Origin: a candidate division FCPU426 bacterium
GTDB taxonomy: Bacteria > Oederibacteriota > PGYV01 > Palsa-1178
Length of the DNA: 64,000 bases
Reading direction: 5' to 3'
NCBI GenBank assembly: GCA_963840035.1
Contig: CAWIXE010000002.1
Coordinates: 256,001-320,000, forward strand
Part shown: in pieces, positions 49,718 to 59,915 of the stretch
How positions within the stretch are numbered: position 1 is the first letter of the stretch
How the letters are laid out: each line of letters starts with the position of its first letter
Made by a program: the position numbers and the translations under genes
Notes under the pieces: model-generated
Database searches by the model: none
What the model was told of the DNA's origin: nothing
What the model saw: the letters and a program-made list of their open reading frames with translations, nothing else

Positions 49718-52411
49718 TTGAAAACATTCTACATCATCGACGGCAACAGTTTCGCCTACAGGGCGTTTTTTGCCATGCCGCCTTTGACCGGGCCTTCGGG
49801 CGCGGAAGTGCACGCGGTTTTTGGCTTTTATAATATGGTGATGCGCATCATTAAGACTAAAAAGCCGGATTACATAGCCCTCACCTTTGACCACCCCAAG
49901 CCCACGCACCGCCATAAAAAATTCGCGGATTACAAGATACAGCGGGAAAAAATGCCCGAGTCCCTGCAGGCGCAGATGAAAATGATAAAGGACATCGCGC
50001 TGCACTCCAACTTCGCGGTATTTGAACAGGAGGGTTATGAAGCTGACGACATCATAGCCGCCGCTTCGGTGGAAGTGTCAAAAACAACTGATTTTGTGAT
50101 AGCCTCATCGGATAAGGACATGATGCAGCTGGTCACGGACAGGGTCTCCATTTACAAATACACAAAAGGCGGGGAAATAATCTTAACCCCGGATAAGATA
50201 AGGGAACTCTTAGGCATCGACCCGGTAAATGTCGTTGACGTCCTGGCTTTAATGGGCGACGCCTCCGATAATATACCCGGAGTGGACGGCATCGGCGAGA
50301 AAACCGCGTATAAGCTGGTCCAGGAATTCAAAACAATAGACAACCTGTATAAGAACCTGGATAAGATAAAATCGGAATCACAGCGCGAAAAATTAAAGTC
50401 AGGCGAGGCAAATGCCAGGCTATCGCACGAGCTCGCGCTTTTGCAGGCTGATACAAGCCTTTTAAAGACCATCAACTTTGATATGAAAGCATGCGCCGTA
50501 TCCCTTATTGACACCGAGGTCCTGGACGGGCAGTTTGTAAACTATAACTTCAAGTCGCTGGTGGGCGATAAAAGCGTAATCATAAAACAAGCGGGGAGGG
50601 TGAATGACGATGCACAAAACAAAAGTAATAAAGAGGCTGAAAAAGATGTACGGAAGGACGACAAAAAGGCAGAAGAGGGTAAGGCAGAAAAAGAAAAAGT
50701 AGCGCCCGGGGAGATAAAGTTATTACGGGCGGATGAGGCGGAAAAGGCCGTGAGCGGCAAGGGACCTTTGGTAATGGTCTTTGACGGGGATGAAAACGGC
50801 GTGGAATTCTTATCGATACGCTCCGGGGAGAGGTCTTACTGCGTCTGCGGAGGCATCCAGGGAAAACCGGACATAACAGGCAGGGAAGTACTGACAAATT
50901 CGGCGAAACTGCTTTATAAATATTCCCGCGGGAATCCGGATAAAGTCAGCGATTTCATGCTGATGGCCTACCTTTTAAATCCCGAGAAATCATACGGCCA
51001 TCATTCCCTCGTGTTTTCGGAATTTTTAAACGGCGTATTCCTTTCATACGAGGATGTCACCGGCAGGGGCGCCAAAAAAGTAGCGGCGGATATGGCCGAC
51101 CCTGAAGCCCTTTCAAAATACGCGGCGTCAACGCTGGCCGCGGCCGTTGAAACGGACACCGTGCTTAATGAAAAGCTTATCGCTGAAAAACTTGGCCCGG
51201 TTTATAATGACATTGAACTGCCGCTTTCACGGGTGCTTGCGGACATGGAGATAAACGGGCTTAAGATCGACTCGGTTTATCTGGATGAGCTCATCACAAA
51301 GACCGCGGCGGAAATAGGCAGGATAGAAAAACGCGTATATAAGCAGGCGGACGGCGAATTCAACATCAATTCGCCCAAGCAGCTCGGCGAGGTGCTCTTT
51401 GAAAAACTCAACCTGCCGAAACAGAAGAAGACCAAGACCGGGTACTCCACGGATAACGAGGTTTTATCCGCGCTTGAGCGCAGCCATCCGGTAGTGGCGG
51501 ACATCCTCAAATACAGGACGCTGAACAAATTAAAGACCGGATTTCTTGACGCGATAAAGATGAAACTGAACCCTGATGGAAAACTTTACCCTGATTATAA
51601 CCAGACAGTGGCCGCAACCGGACGCCTGTCGTCGTCAAACCCCAACATCCAGAACATACCGGTCAGGGGAGAGGAAGGCAGGGAGATAAGGAAAATATTC
51701 CTGCCGCTTGACAGGAGGGAAAAACTCATTAAGGCGGACTACTCACAAATAGAGCTGCGCATACTCGCGCACATGTCCGGGGATGAAAAACTTATTGAGG
51801 CTTTTAAAAAAGGCGATGACATTCACTCCATAACCGCGTCGGAAGTATTCGGAATACCGGCAGAGTTTTTAAACAAAGACCACAGGCGCGTTGCAAAGAC
51901 CATAAACTTCGGAATCATATACGGAATATCGGCATACGGCCTGGCAAAGCAGCTTTCGGTATCTAATACGGAGGCGGCGGATTTTATAGACAGGTTCTTT
52001 TTCACCTTCCCAAAGGTCAGGGAATATCAGGAGGCGACAAAGATAAGCGCCGCGGAGAAAGGCTATGTGGAGACCTTAACCGGGAGGAAGCGCTTCATGG
52101 CGAATATAAATTCGGCAAACAGGAACATAAGGGAATTCGCGGAGCGCGCCGCCATAAACGCGCCCATTCAGGGCACCGCCGCGGACATTATAAAGATAGC
52201 GATGATAAACATAAATGAAGAGTTTAAAAAAACAGCCATTAATGCTAAAATGATCCTGCAGGTGCACGACGAACTTGTTTTCAGCGTGCCGCAGTCCGAA
52301 CTTGTAAAGGTCAGGAAGACAGTCAGGGAAAAAATGGAGGGCGCGCTGAAGCTCGGCGTGCCCGTCACCGTGACAATGGGAGAAGGAGACAACTGGTATG
52401 AGTGCGGCTAA
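49718..52411 (+). CDS. polA: DNA polymerase I
   Basis: IDGNSFAYRAFFA, EADD, GDASDNIPGV, ATGRLSSSNPNIQNIP, DYSQIELR, KTINFGIIYG, LQVHDEL; TTG start. Confidence 0.97.
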   Translation: MKTFYIIDGNSFAYRAFFAMPPLTGPSGAEVHAVFGFYNMVMRIIKTKKPDYIALTFDHPKPTHRHKKFADYKIQREKMPESLQAQMKMIKDIALHSNFAVFEQEGYEADDIIAAASVEVSKTTDFVIASSDKDMMQLVTDRVSIYKYTKGGEIILTPDKIRELLGIDPVNVVDVLALMGDASDNIPGVDGIGEKTAYKLVQEFKTIDNLYKNLDKIKSESQREKLKSGEANARLSHELALLQADTSLLKTINFDMKACAVSLIDTEVLDGQFVNYNFKSLVGDKSVIIKQAGRVNDDAQNKSNKEAEKDVRKDDKKAEEGKAEKEKVAPGEIKLLRADEAEKAVSGKGPLVMVFDGDENGVEFLSIRSGERSYCVCGGIQGKPDITGREVLTNSAKLLYKYSRGNPDKVSDFMLMAYLLNPEKSYGHHSLVFSEFLNGVFLSYEDVTGRGAKKVAADMADPEALSKYAASTLAAAVETDTVLNEKLIAEKLGPVYNDIELPLSRVLADMEINGLKIDSVYLDELITKTAAEIGRIEKRVYKQADGEFNINSPKQLGEVLFEKLNLPKQKKTKTGYSTDNEVLSALERSHPVVADILKYRTLNKLKTGFLDAIKMKLNPDGKLYPDYNQTVAATGRLSSSNPNIQNIPVRGEEGREIRKIFLPLDRREKLIKADYSQIELRILAHMSGDEKLIEAFKKGDDIHSITASEVFGIPAEFLNKDHRRVAKTINFGIIYGISAYGLAKQLSVSNTEAADFIDRFFFTFPKVREYQEATKISAAEKGYVETLTGRKRFMANINSANRNIREFAERAAINAPIQGTAADIIKIAMININEEFKKTAINAKMILQVHDELVFSVPQSELVKVRKTVREKMEGALKLGVPVTVTMGEGDNWYECG

Positions 52412-53036
52412 AAAAACAACTGTTGTTGCAATTACCGGAAACACAAAAGCGGGAAAAAGCGAGGCGGCGGAGCACCTGAAGGAAACATATCCGGTCATAG
52501 ATGTTGACAAGCTCGCCCATACGCTTTACAAAAAAGGCACCCCTCTTTACAGGGTATTAAAACGCAAATACGGGCCGGTCATAATCAAAAAAGACGGCGA
52601 CATAAACAGGCGCATACTCGGGGAAATCATCTTCGGGGACAGGCGCGACTACTGGGATTTTACGTGCATAGTATATCCGGCCCTGATTAAAAAACTCAAA
52701 AATGAAATAAAAGGCTATACAGACCCTGTCGTGGTGCTGGATATGGCCGTTTTATTTGAAAGCGGTTTTTACACGCAGGCGGACAGGATAATATTCATCA
52801 GGGCGTCCAATAAGCAGTGGAAAAAACGCGTTGAGACCGAGTCTGACCGCCGGTATTTTGAAAAAATACGCAAATTTCAGGAATTTTTCCCCACATCGAA
52901 AAAGATTGCATTAAGCGATTATATTGTTTATAATAATGAAGATAAGGAACAACTTCACGAAAAAGCTGATAAAATAATGGAAAAAATCAGGAAGGAGCAT
53001 TATGGACCCGAAAGAGCAGGAAGAAGCCGTAAATAA
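52398..53036 (+). CDS. coaE: Dephospho-CoA kinase
   Basis: AITGNTKAGKS P-loop, IDVDKLAH, INRRILGEIIF; follows polA. Confidence 0.88.
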   Translation: MSAAKKTTVVAITGNTKAGKSEAAEHLKETYPVIDVDKLAHTLYKKGTPLYRVLKRKYGPVIIKKDGDINRRILGEIIFGDRRDYWDFTCIVYPALIKKLKNEIKGYTDPVVVLDMAVLFESGFYTQADRIIFIRASNKQWKKRVETESDRRYFEKIRKFQEFFPTSKKIALSDYIVYNNEDKEQLHEKADKIMEKIRKEHYGPERAGRSRK

Positions 53037-53868
53037 AATTCTAGGCAAGATCAAGGCGCTCCCGACGCTTTCACTTGTTGTGGCAAAGGTCATACAGGTA
53101 GTCTCCAACCCCCTTACTTCAGCTTCTGATCTAAGCAAGATAATCACCGTAGACCAGGCATTAACCGCCAAGGTTTTAAGGCTGGCAAATTCCGCGTTTT
53201 ACGGTTTCCCATTCAGGATAAAAAACATAACCCAGGCCGTATCCATACTCGGGTTTGATACCATAAGGAACCTGGCGCTCACCGTTTCGGTATATAAGGT
53301 GTTTACAGGCGAGAATGACTCTGAATTTTCACACCAGGACTTCTGGAAGCACTGCGTGGGCGTGGCTATTTGCGCCAGCCTGCTTGCCAGGAGGATCAAA
53401 TATAAATCACCCGAAGGCGCGTTCACGGCAGGGCTGCTCCATGACATAGGAAAGAATTTCTTTGAGCAGTACATGAACAAGGAATACAGGGAAGTCCTGA
53501 AATACGCCAAGGAAAAGAACAAGTCCATTTATTTAGCCGAGCAGGAAAAACTTTCCATAGACCATGCCATAGTGGGAAAAATGATGGCTGAGAAATGGAA
53601 CCTGCCGCATGAACTGGCGGCGGGCATCGCGGCCCACCACCACCCGGAAAAAGAAGAGGAAGAGACGGTCATGGCGCACATCATAAACGTGGCTGATATC
53701 ATATGCAAGAAGCAGTCGATAGGCTTTTCCGGGGACACGGTGGATATGCCGGTCTCCAAGGAAGGCAGGGAACTTTTTGCACTGGATGAGGCAGGAGAGG
53801 CGCAGTTAATAGCCTCGCTGGAAAAAGAGCTTAAAGAGGCCGAAGCTTTTGTCAACATGCCCCAATAA
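53002..53868 (+). CDS. HDOD domain protein
   Basis: LPTL, DQALTAKVLRLANSAFYG, AGLLHDIGK, WNLP. Confidence 0.92.
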   Translation: MDPKEQEEAVNKILGKIKALPTLSLVVAKVIQVVSNPLTSASDLSKIITVDQALTAKVLRLANSAFYGFPFRIKNITQAVSILGFDTIRNLALTVSVYKVFTGENDSEFSHQDFWKHCVGVAICASLLARRIKYKSPEGAFTAGLLHDIGKNFFEQYMNKEYREVLKYAKEKNKSIYLAEQEKLSIDHAIVGKMMAEKWNLPHELAAGIAAHHHPEKEEEETVMAHIINVADIICKKQSIGFSGDTVDMPVSKEGRELFALDEAGEAQLIASLEKELKEAEAFVNMPQ

Positions 53869-53893
53869 TTTTTGCGGCATACGGAGGAAATAA

Positions 53894-55051
53894 TTGAGCC
53901 TTACTGAAGAGGAAATAAAGGAAATAAAGGAACTCAAAGAGTACATAGGGAACCTCGAAGTAATTAACGAGGGGCTCAGGCGCTCCTTTGAGGAGATGAC
54001 AACGCTTTACAGGCTTGTTGATATCATAACCGAGGCGAAAACGCTTGAACGCGTGCTTAATTCGCTGCTGGACCTGGTGGCAGAGATAATCCCGTGCGAC
54101 GGCGCCATACTGTTTCTGACCGATGAGACTACGGGAGAGCTTGACATAGTCTTAAAACGCAACATTAACAGGAAGATTGAAAACAAGGTAAACCTGCAGA
54201 ACAAGCAAAAAGTCATAGACTGGGCCCTTAAAAAAGGCAAGACGATTGCCATGCCCGACACGGACGAAGACGCTTCCGAATCGGACAAGGTGACTTTTGT
54301 GCTGGTGCCCTTAATCGCCCACGACAAACCCGTCGGCTTAATTGACATCATCACAGACACGCCCGAAGGCGACATCACGTCGAAAGACCTTTCCCTTTTA
54401 ACCATTCTCGCGAAGCAGGCCGCGCTCTCCATAGAAAATGTAAAATTATACGAGTCCATGAAAAAGGACCAGATAAGCATTATCAGGGCGCTCTCATCCA
54501 CTGTGGACGCCAAGGACCACCATACGCTTGGCCATTCGCAGAGGGTGTCGGAATATTCGCTGCGCATAGCCGAGGCTCTCGAACTGCCGGAGAGGGAAAT
54601 AGAAGTTGTCAAGTACGCCGCGCTGCTGCACGACATCGGCAAGATAGCCATCCCGGACGACATCATAAAAAAACCTTCGCGTTTAACCCCTGAGGAGTTT
54701 GAGCAGGTCAGGAAACACCCGGTAATCGGCGCGAGGATAATCAAGGAAATAGACTCACTGGCGCCAATGGTGCCGATAATACTGCACCATCACGAGCGGT
54801 TTGACGGCAAAGGATATCCGGACGGGCTTAAAGGGGAAAATATTCCCATGGGCGCGAGGATCGTGCATGTCGCTGACGCGTATGAGACGATGGTGACGGC
54901 GCGGACATACAGGGACATGCTGCCGCCAGAGCTGGCGGTGTCGGAACTCAGGAAGAACGCGGGGACCCAGTTTGACCCGCGCGTGGTCGAAGCGTTTATC
55001 CCAATACTGAGGAAGAATTCGGTGGTATATGAAGATCAAGGCGGATCCTGA
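53894..55051 (+). CDS. GAF + HD-GYP cyclic-dinucleotide phosphodiesterase
   Basis: GHSQRV, LHDIGK, HHERFDGKGYPDGL; TTG start with SD GGAGG. Confidence 0.93.
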   Translation: MSLTEEEIKEIKELKEYIGNLEVINEGLRRSFEEMTTLYRLVDIITEAKTLERVLNSLLDLVAEIIPCDGAILFLTDETTGELDIVLKRNINRKIENKVNLQNKQKVIDWALKKGKTIAMPDTDEDASESDKVTFVLVPLIAHDKPVGLIDIITDTPEGDITSKDLSLLTILAKQAALSIENVKLYESMKKDQISIIRALSSTVDAKDHHTLGHSQRVSEYSLRIAEALELPEREIEVVKYAALLHDIGKIAIPDDIIKKPSRLTPEEFEQVRKHPVIGARIIKEIDSLAPMVPIILHHHERFDGKGYPDGLKGENIPMGARIVHVADAYETMVTARTYRDMLPPELAVSELRKNAGTQFDPRVVEAFIPILRKNSVVYEDQGGS

Positions 55052-56519
55052 GGTTTTTTTTTATAAAACAAACAAAGACATAAAATTCATCCTGATAAAT
55101 ATGGCTGTGCTGGTGGTGATAACCATCGCGCTTTATTTTATCGGGAGGGGTTTAAGCTCCGTTGTCCCGTATTCCTTCGCGATCATACTCCTTTTTTATT
55201 CATTTTATTCCATGGGCCGCGAAGGCGGTGTTTCATATGCTTTTGTTTTCGGGGTCATGCTGGCGGTGATGATATTCTCGCCGGCTGTTTTTGACAGGAC
55301 ATCATGCCTGATCATATTTTGCATATCGGCCAGCCTGCTGGCGCATTTTTCCGGCATGATCAAGTGGATGGATGAGGCGGAAGTCAAGAACATTGACAGC
55401 GAATCCAAGGTGGAGGGCGAAACCGTCACGGCCAATGAAAAACTGGCCAAGCTGCGCGGGGTCTTAACGGCGCGCCGGACAACGCTTGAGAAGTACAGGG
55501 TATTAAACAAGATCGCGGAACAGTTAATGCGCACCCTGGATAAAAAGGAAATCTTAAGCATCATCAGCGGTTCCATATCCAGCATGATAGGCAACAAACC
55601 GGTAAAGTGCATGCTCCTGGTCAAGGATGAGCAGACTGATGTTTTTTACCCGGCTGTGGAAGAACAAAAAGAGGAAAAACTGGTGAAGAACGCCATTTCG
55701 ATATATAAGAAGGATCCGTTTGACGAATGGATCATAAAGAATAAATTCACCCTTTTCATAAAAGACCTGGACGACGACCTGCGTTTCAGGAATTTGCGGA
55801 AGGACTGGATAGCCTTCAAGTCGCTTATCGCCATGCCGCTTTTTGAAAATAAGAAACTCATAGGCATACTTAAATTTTACTCGGGGGAACCCGATGTGTT
55901 CGGGATCGAGGACGTAAGGCTTTTAAACTACCTGGGAGACAATTGCGCGACCGCGCTGGAAAATTCAATGCTTTACCAGAAAACAAACGACCTTGCCATC
56001 CGGGACGGCCTCACGGGGCTTTTCATACGCAGGCATTTTATTGAAAAACTTGACGAGGAAATGCGCAGGGTAAAGCACGCGGAAACTCCGGCTGAAAGCC
56101 TGACTTTCTCATACCTTATGATAGACATTGACCATTTCAAGAACTGCAATGATACTTTCGGGCATCAGTTCGGAGACAAGGTCTTAAAAACCCTCGGCGG
56201 GTTCTTAATTGACGACCTGCGCGAGATAGACATGACCGGCAGGTACGGAGGGGAAGAGTTTGCCGTCATACTGCCCAATACGAACTTAAACGGCGCGAAG
56301 TTCGTGGCCAACAGGCTGCGCGAGAACTTCTCAAAAATGATATTTCAGCCTGATGACAAGCACGGCATAAAGCTTACGCTCTCCATCGGCGGCATTGAAT
56401 TTAAAAAAGAGATAAAGCTTACAGAACTCATAAATAAAGCCGACAAGGCCCTGTACCATTCGAAAGAAAACGGCAGGAACATGGTCACTTTCTGGGAGGA
56501 CATATCAGATGAAAGGTAA
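55029..56519 (+). CDS. Membrane GAF-GGDEF diguanylate cyclase
   Basis: N-terminal TMs, GAF, DGLTG, REID-x5-GGEEF (RxxD I-site). Confidence 0.92.
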   Translation: MKIKADPEVFFYKTNKDIKFILINMAVLVVITIALYFIGRGLSSVVPYSFAIILLFYSFYSMGREGGVSYAFVFGVMLAVMIFSPAVFDRTSCLIIFCISASLLAHFSGMIKWMDEAEVKNIDSESKVEGETVTANEKLAKLRGVLTARRTTLEKYRVLNKIAEQLMRTLDKKEILSIISGSISSMIGNKPVKCMLLVKDEQTDVFYPAVEEQKEEKLVKNAISIYKKDPFDEWIIKNKFTLFIKDLDDDLRFRNLRKDWIAFKSLIAMPLFENKKLIGILKFYSGEPDVFGIEDVRLLNYLGDNCATALENSMLYQKTNDLAIRDGLTGLFIRRHFIEKLDEEMRRVKHAETPAESLTFSYLMIDIDHFKNCNDTFGHQFGDKVLKTLGGFLIDDLREIDMTGRYGGEEFAVILPNTNLNGAKFVANRLRENFSKMIFQPDDKHGIKLTLSIGGIEFKKEIKLTELINKADKALYHSKENGRNMVTFWEDISDER

Positions 56520-57925
56520 AGGCGCGCTTTTCACGGCCGGTTACGCGGCGGCCATCATTGCCTGCTTTTTACTGGGCTTCTGGCTGAAGTCCCCCGGCCA
56601 TAATTTCTTCCCGGCCGCGCTTTGCATGATGCAGCTTGCCGTGGCCAGGCTTTTTGGGCCAAAGCCGCAGAAAGCCGCGTTTGGAATCAACGCGGCGGCG
56701 GCGGTTGCCATGCTGTTTCCAGCGGCTGTAATTGACATATGGGTATTGCTGAGTTCCCTGGCTATTTTTACTGCTGCGTATTTTTTCAGCATTATATTTT
56801 CCAGGCATAAGCAGAAACTTGACGAACAGGAAGCTGTAATAAAGGTAAAATCATCGGGCCTTAGGGGGCAAAAAGACGCCGAGATGGAGGCCATGGAAAA
56901 GGAAGACGACGAGATGGAGAGGGAGCAGAAAGACATCAGGTCCCTTTACGACGCCAATAAGGAATTTTCCACAACCTTAAATACAACGCAGTGCATGGAA
57001 AAGCTCAATGAAATACTTAAAAAAATACTAAAAAACAATTTCGGGATATCGCTCGACGATATTTTCTATATAATCGCCTATAAAAAGGATTCGGAGTTTA
57101 TCATCGCGCAGTCCCACGGCTATGACGAGGAATCGCTCAAGGAAAAGGAAAAGGCGTATATTTCAAAAATTATGAAGTCCGTGCCCAAAACCCAGGAGGT
57201 ATTGTACATACCCGATACGGCAAAATCAGGGCAGGACGAAACAGCAGTTTTTAACAAGTCCATGATGTATGTCCCTTTTTACGCCGAGAAGAAGATCATA
57301 GGCGTGCTCATGCTTCTCAAGCAATAAGGCGAACATATTCAACTCAAAACAGGTGGAGTCGATGAAATTCCTGACCAATCAGATCGCCCTCTCGCTAGAA
57401 AAAGCCAGGCTCTACGAGGAGGTTGAAAAACTTTCCGAGACTGACAGCTTAACAGGGCTTTTTGTCCACAGGCTTTTTCAGGAGAAGCTTGAGAATGAAA
57501 TAAAAAGGACCGAGAGGTACGGCGGCAGCCTTGCCCTCGTGCTTGGCGACATAGACCACTTTAAGCTCATTAACGACACATACGGGCACTTAGCCGGCGA
57601 CTATATCCTTAAGACCATAGCCATCATATTGAAGAACCATACCACACAGGTGGATACCGTGGCGCGTTACGGCGGCGAGGAATTTGTGATAATCTTTCCG
57701 GAGAACGACAAGGAAAAAGGCCATGCCAAGGCGGTAAAGATAAGGAAAGAGATAGAGAAGTACCCGTTCAAATACAAGGACGTGCAGATAAAAATCACCA
57801 TGTCCATGGGTGTTTCCTCATATCCCGTGGACGCGAAAGACAGGCGTTCGCTTATAGAAAAGGCGGACAAGGCATTATATAAGGCGAAGGATGAGGGAAG
57901 GAACAGGGTTATAAGGGCAGAATAG
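56509..57925 (+). CDS. Membrane GAF-GGDEF diguanylate cyclase, frameshifted near 57312
   Basis: ORFs 56509-57327 and 57353-57925 join as ...IIGVLM/FSSNKANIFNSKQVESMKFL... with a +1 shift; RYGGEEF. Confidence 0.85.
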
Positions 57926-57963
57926 GCGGAGATAAGAGACAGGAGACAAAAGACAGAAGTGTG

Positions 57964-58109
57964 TTGTCATTGCGAGGAGGCGCAGTTGTTCCTCGCCGAC
58001 GAAGTCCTTCGACAAACTCAGGATAGTGAGTATGTCGAACTACAATCTTGCAGTGTTAAGCGGGATTGCTTCGTCGCCATAAAACAAATACGGTTCCCCG
58101 CAATGACAA
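57964..58109. repeat. TGTCATTGCG...CGCAATGACA palindromic element with a nested 38-bp hairpin
   Basis: Terminal inverted repeats; internal GACGAAG|CAATC is split by 58005-58042 while its complement at 58064-58075 is intact. Confidence 0.75.
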
Positions 58110-58166
58110 ACAGTATGTATGCTGGAATTGTAAATAGTAAATTTTAAATAGTAAATTGGAGTACTG

Positions 58167-58763
58167 ATGGACCGCGATACTGAAAAAAGGATCGTTGAAG
58201 AGTCGAGGAAAAACCCCGGGGCTTTCGGAAAAATATTCGAGGAATACTATCCGGCCATATACCGGTATGCCCTTCACAGGATGGGCAATGTCGACGCGGC
58301 AAATGACGTAGCCGCGGAGGTTTTCTTTAAGGCCCTTAATAAGCTCTCGGGTTTCAAATGGGCGGGTGTGCCGTTTTCGGCATGGCTCTACCGGATAGCG
58401 GGAAACGAGATTATAGATTATTACAGGGGGCGAAAGCACGAGCCTGATTCGTATGACGCGTACGAAACCGAGTTCAACGTGCTTGATAAAAACGCCCAGG
58501 CTAATATAGAAAAGGAAATGCTTGAAGCCCAGGAAGAAGTTGAAAAAAACGGAAAATTTATTGAAGCCAGGGAAGCGTTGAAAACGCTTCCGGCGAAATA
58601 CCAGGAAGTACTAACCTTAAGGTTTATTGAGGACAGGAAAATACTTGAGATTTGTGCCATCCTTGGCAAGGGTGAGGGCACGGTAAAATCCCTTATTTCA
58701 CGGGGTGTTTCCAGGTTAAAGGAATATTTTGAGGCAAAAAAACGCAACCTTCACGTGAAATAG
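58167..58763 (+). CDS. ECF sigma-70 family RNA polymerase sigma factor
   Basis: AF..IFEEY...IYRY, DVAAEVF.KA, FSAWLYRIA.N, LP..YQEVL.LRF, GTVKS.ISRG. Confidence 0.95.
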   Translation: MDRDTEKRIVEESRKNPGAFGKIFEEYYPAIYRYALHRMGNVDAANDVAAEVFFKALNKLSGFKWAGVPFSAWLYRIAGNEIIDYYRGRKHEPDSYDAYETEFNVLDKNAQANIEKEMLEAQEEVEKNGKFIEAREALKTLPAKYQEVLTLRFIEDRKILEICAILGKGEGTVKSLISRGVSRLKEYFEAKKRNLHVK

Positions 58764-58769
58764 GCGTTA
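58744..58769 (+). promoter_or_regulatory. Putative ECF-sigma promoter for the anti-sigma gene
   Basis: GCAACC-N15-CGTTA; same boxes and spacing as 59847. Confidence 0.7.
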
Positions 58770-58787
58770 TATCAGTGAAGGCGAAAG

Positions 58788-59627
58788 GTGGCAATTAAAA
58801 TGGATGAAAAAGACGTAATACAAAAGCTTACACAGGCAGGGATAAAAGGCGCTGAAACACCGCTGCGCAGGGATGCCATTAAAAGGGCCCTTATGGCAAA
58901 AGCGGCTGAAAAAACGCGCGTAAAAAACCCTATATTTTCAAAGCTGGTGCCGTCAGTGGCGCTTGCTTTCGCGTTTGCCGCTGTGACATACTTTGTAGTT
59001 GATAATATGAATGAGGGCTCAAAGTTTAATACGCGCGGCGGGGTATGGTCCACATACACCGATTCCCATGAAGGCGGGAATTCGCAGGTATGGCCGCCGG
59101 AGTCGGACAGCACCAAAAATGATTTTGTCATGTCGCAGCCGGGTTACGGCGGGACAGGTTATGCCGTAAGGGTAACAGGCACCACCGGCAACGCGCTCGG
59201 CCTTAATTATAACTACTTCGGGTTTGTCGTGCGTTTTGACGAGAAGTCACAGTGCCCGACGTGCCAGGGTACGGACATAAAAAAGTATTCCGGCATCAGG
59301 TTTAAGATAAAAGGAACGCTTCCTGCTGGTCAGCTGATGTTTGTGCTGCCGCACGAGTCCAATAATTGCATCAGGGAAAGGCTCACGTGCAAGAGCCTGA
59401 CAGACTACGCGGATTATGAGGAAGACATTACAAAGCATGTTACACGGGAGTGGACAACTGTAATGATTAATTTCAGGCTCGACTTAAAGCAGCCTTTTTG
59501 GGTAAGCGGCGAAAATAAGGTGGACGTGGATAAGGTCCTTGAGAATGTCCATCTGTTCAAGTGGCAGTATAAGAACGGAAACGGCAAGCCGGTTGAGATA
59601 TGGATCGATGATGTGGAGTTGTTTTAA
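58788..59627 (+). CDS. Putative anti-sigma factor with a single TM and an extracytoplasmic CBM11/CIA30-like domain
   Basis: Short basic N-terminus, TM LVPSVALAFAFAAVTYFVV, then GG.W.TY.D...GG.S, D...Y.GIRF..KG, W....I.F, QP.W, IWIDDV. Confidence 0.75.
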   Translation: MAIKMDEKDVIQKLTQAGIKGAETPLRRDAIKRALMAKAAEKTRVKNPIFSKLVPSVALAFAFAAVTYFVVDNMNEGSKFNTRGGVWSTYTDSHEGGNSQVWPPESDSTKNDFVMSQPGYGGTGYAVRVTGTTGNALGLNYNYFGFVVRFDEKSQCPTCQGTDIKKYSGIRFKIKGTLPAGQLMFVLPHESNNCIRERLTCKSLTDYADYEEDITKHVTREWTTVMINFRLDLKQPFWVSGENKVDVDKVLENVHLFKWQYKNGNGKPVEIWIDDVELF

Positions 59628-59640
59628 CGTTGAGGGATGG

Positions 59641-59824
59641 CGAGACAAGAGATAGGAGACAAAAGTAAGGCGGAGTCGTACTTCTGTCCGGCGGAGTTTT
59701 ACTACTGTCTCCAGTCTCTTGTCTCGTCTTTACTCGAGTAAAGACATTTTGCTGAGGGAAAACGAGACAGGAGATAGGAGACAGAAGTAAGACGGCAGCA
59801 GTTTTACTCCAGTCTCTTGTCTCG
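59641..59824. repeat. Two tandem GAGAC(A)-heptamer inverted repeats
   Basis: CGAGACA(A/G)GAGATAGGAGACA ... CTCCAGTCTCTTGTCTCG occurs twice; related single arms at 57928-57959 and 23324-23346. Confidence 0.8.
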
Positions 59825-59846
59825 CATTTACTCAAACTAAGATACT

Positions 59847-59872
59847 GCAACCCGCGAGATTAAGGAACGTTA
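59847..59872 (+). promoter_or_regulatory. Putative ECF-sigma promoter for the glycoside hydrolase gene
   Basis: GCAACC-N15-CGTTA, ending 43 bp upstream of ATG 59916. Confidence 0.7.
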
Positions 59873-59915
59873 AGTAAGTAGATGATTGATAAAAAACTAC
59901 GAAGGAGGGATTACA

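Noticed and set aside
50595..50705. Charged insertion in PolA as an intein or mobile insert
   Set aside because: It is a short K/E/D-rich interdomain linker with no intein motifs.
57300..57360. Two separate genes (56509-57327 and 57353-57925)
   Set aside because: The GAF domain continues across a single frameshift, so it is treated as one gene; error versus real lesion is unresolved.
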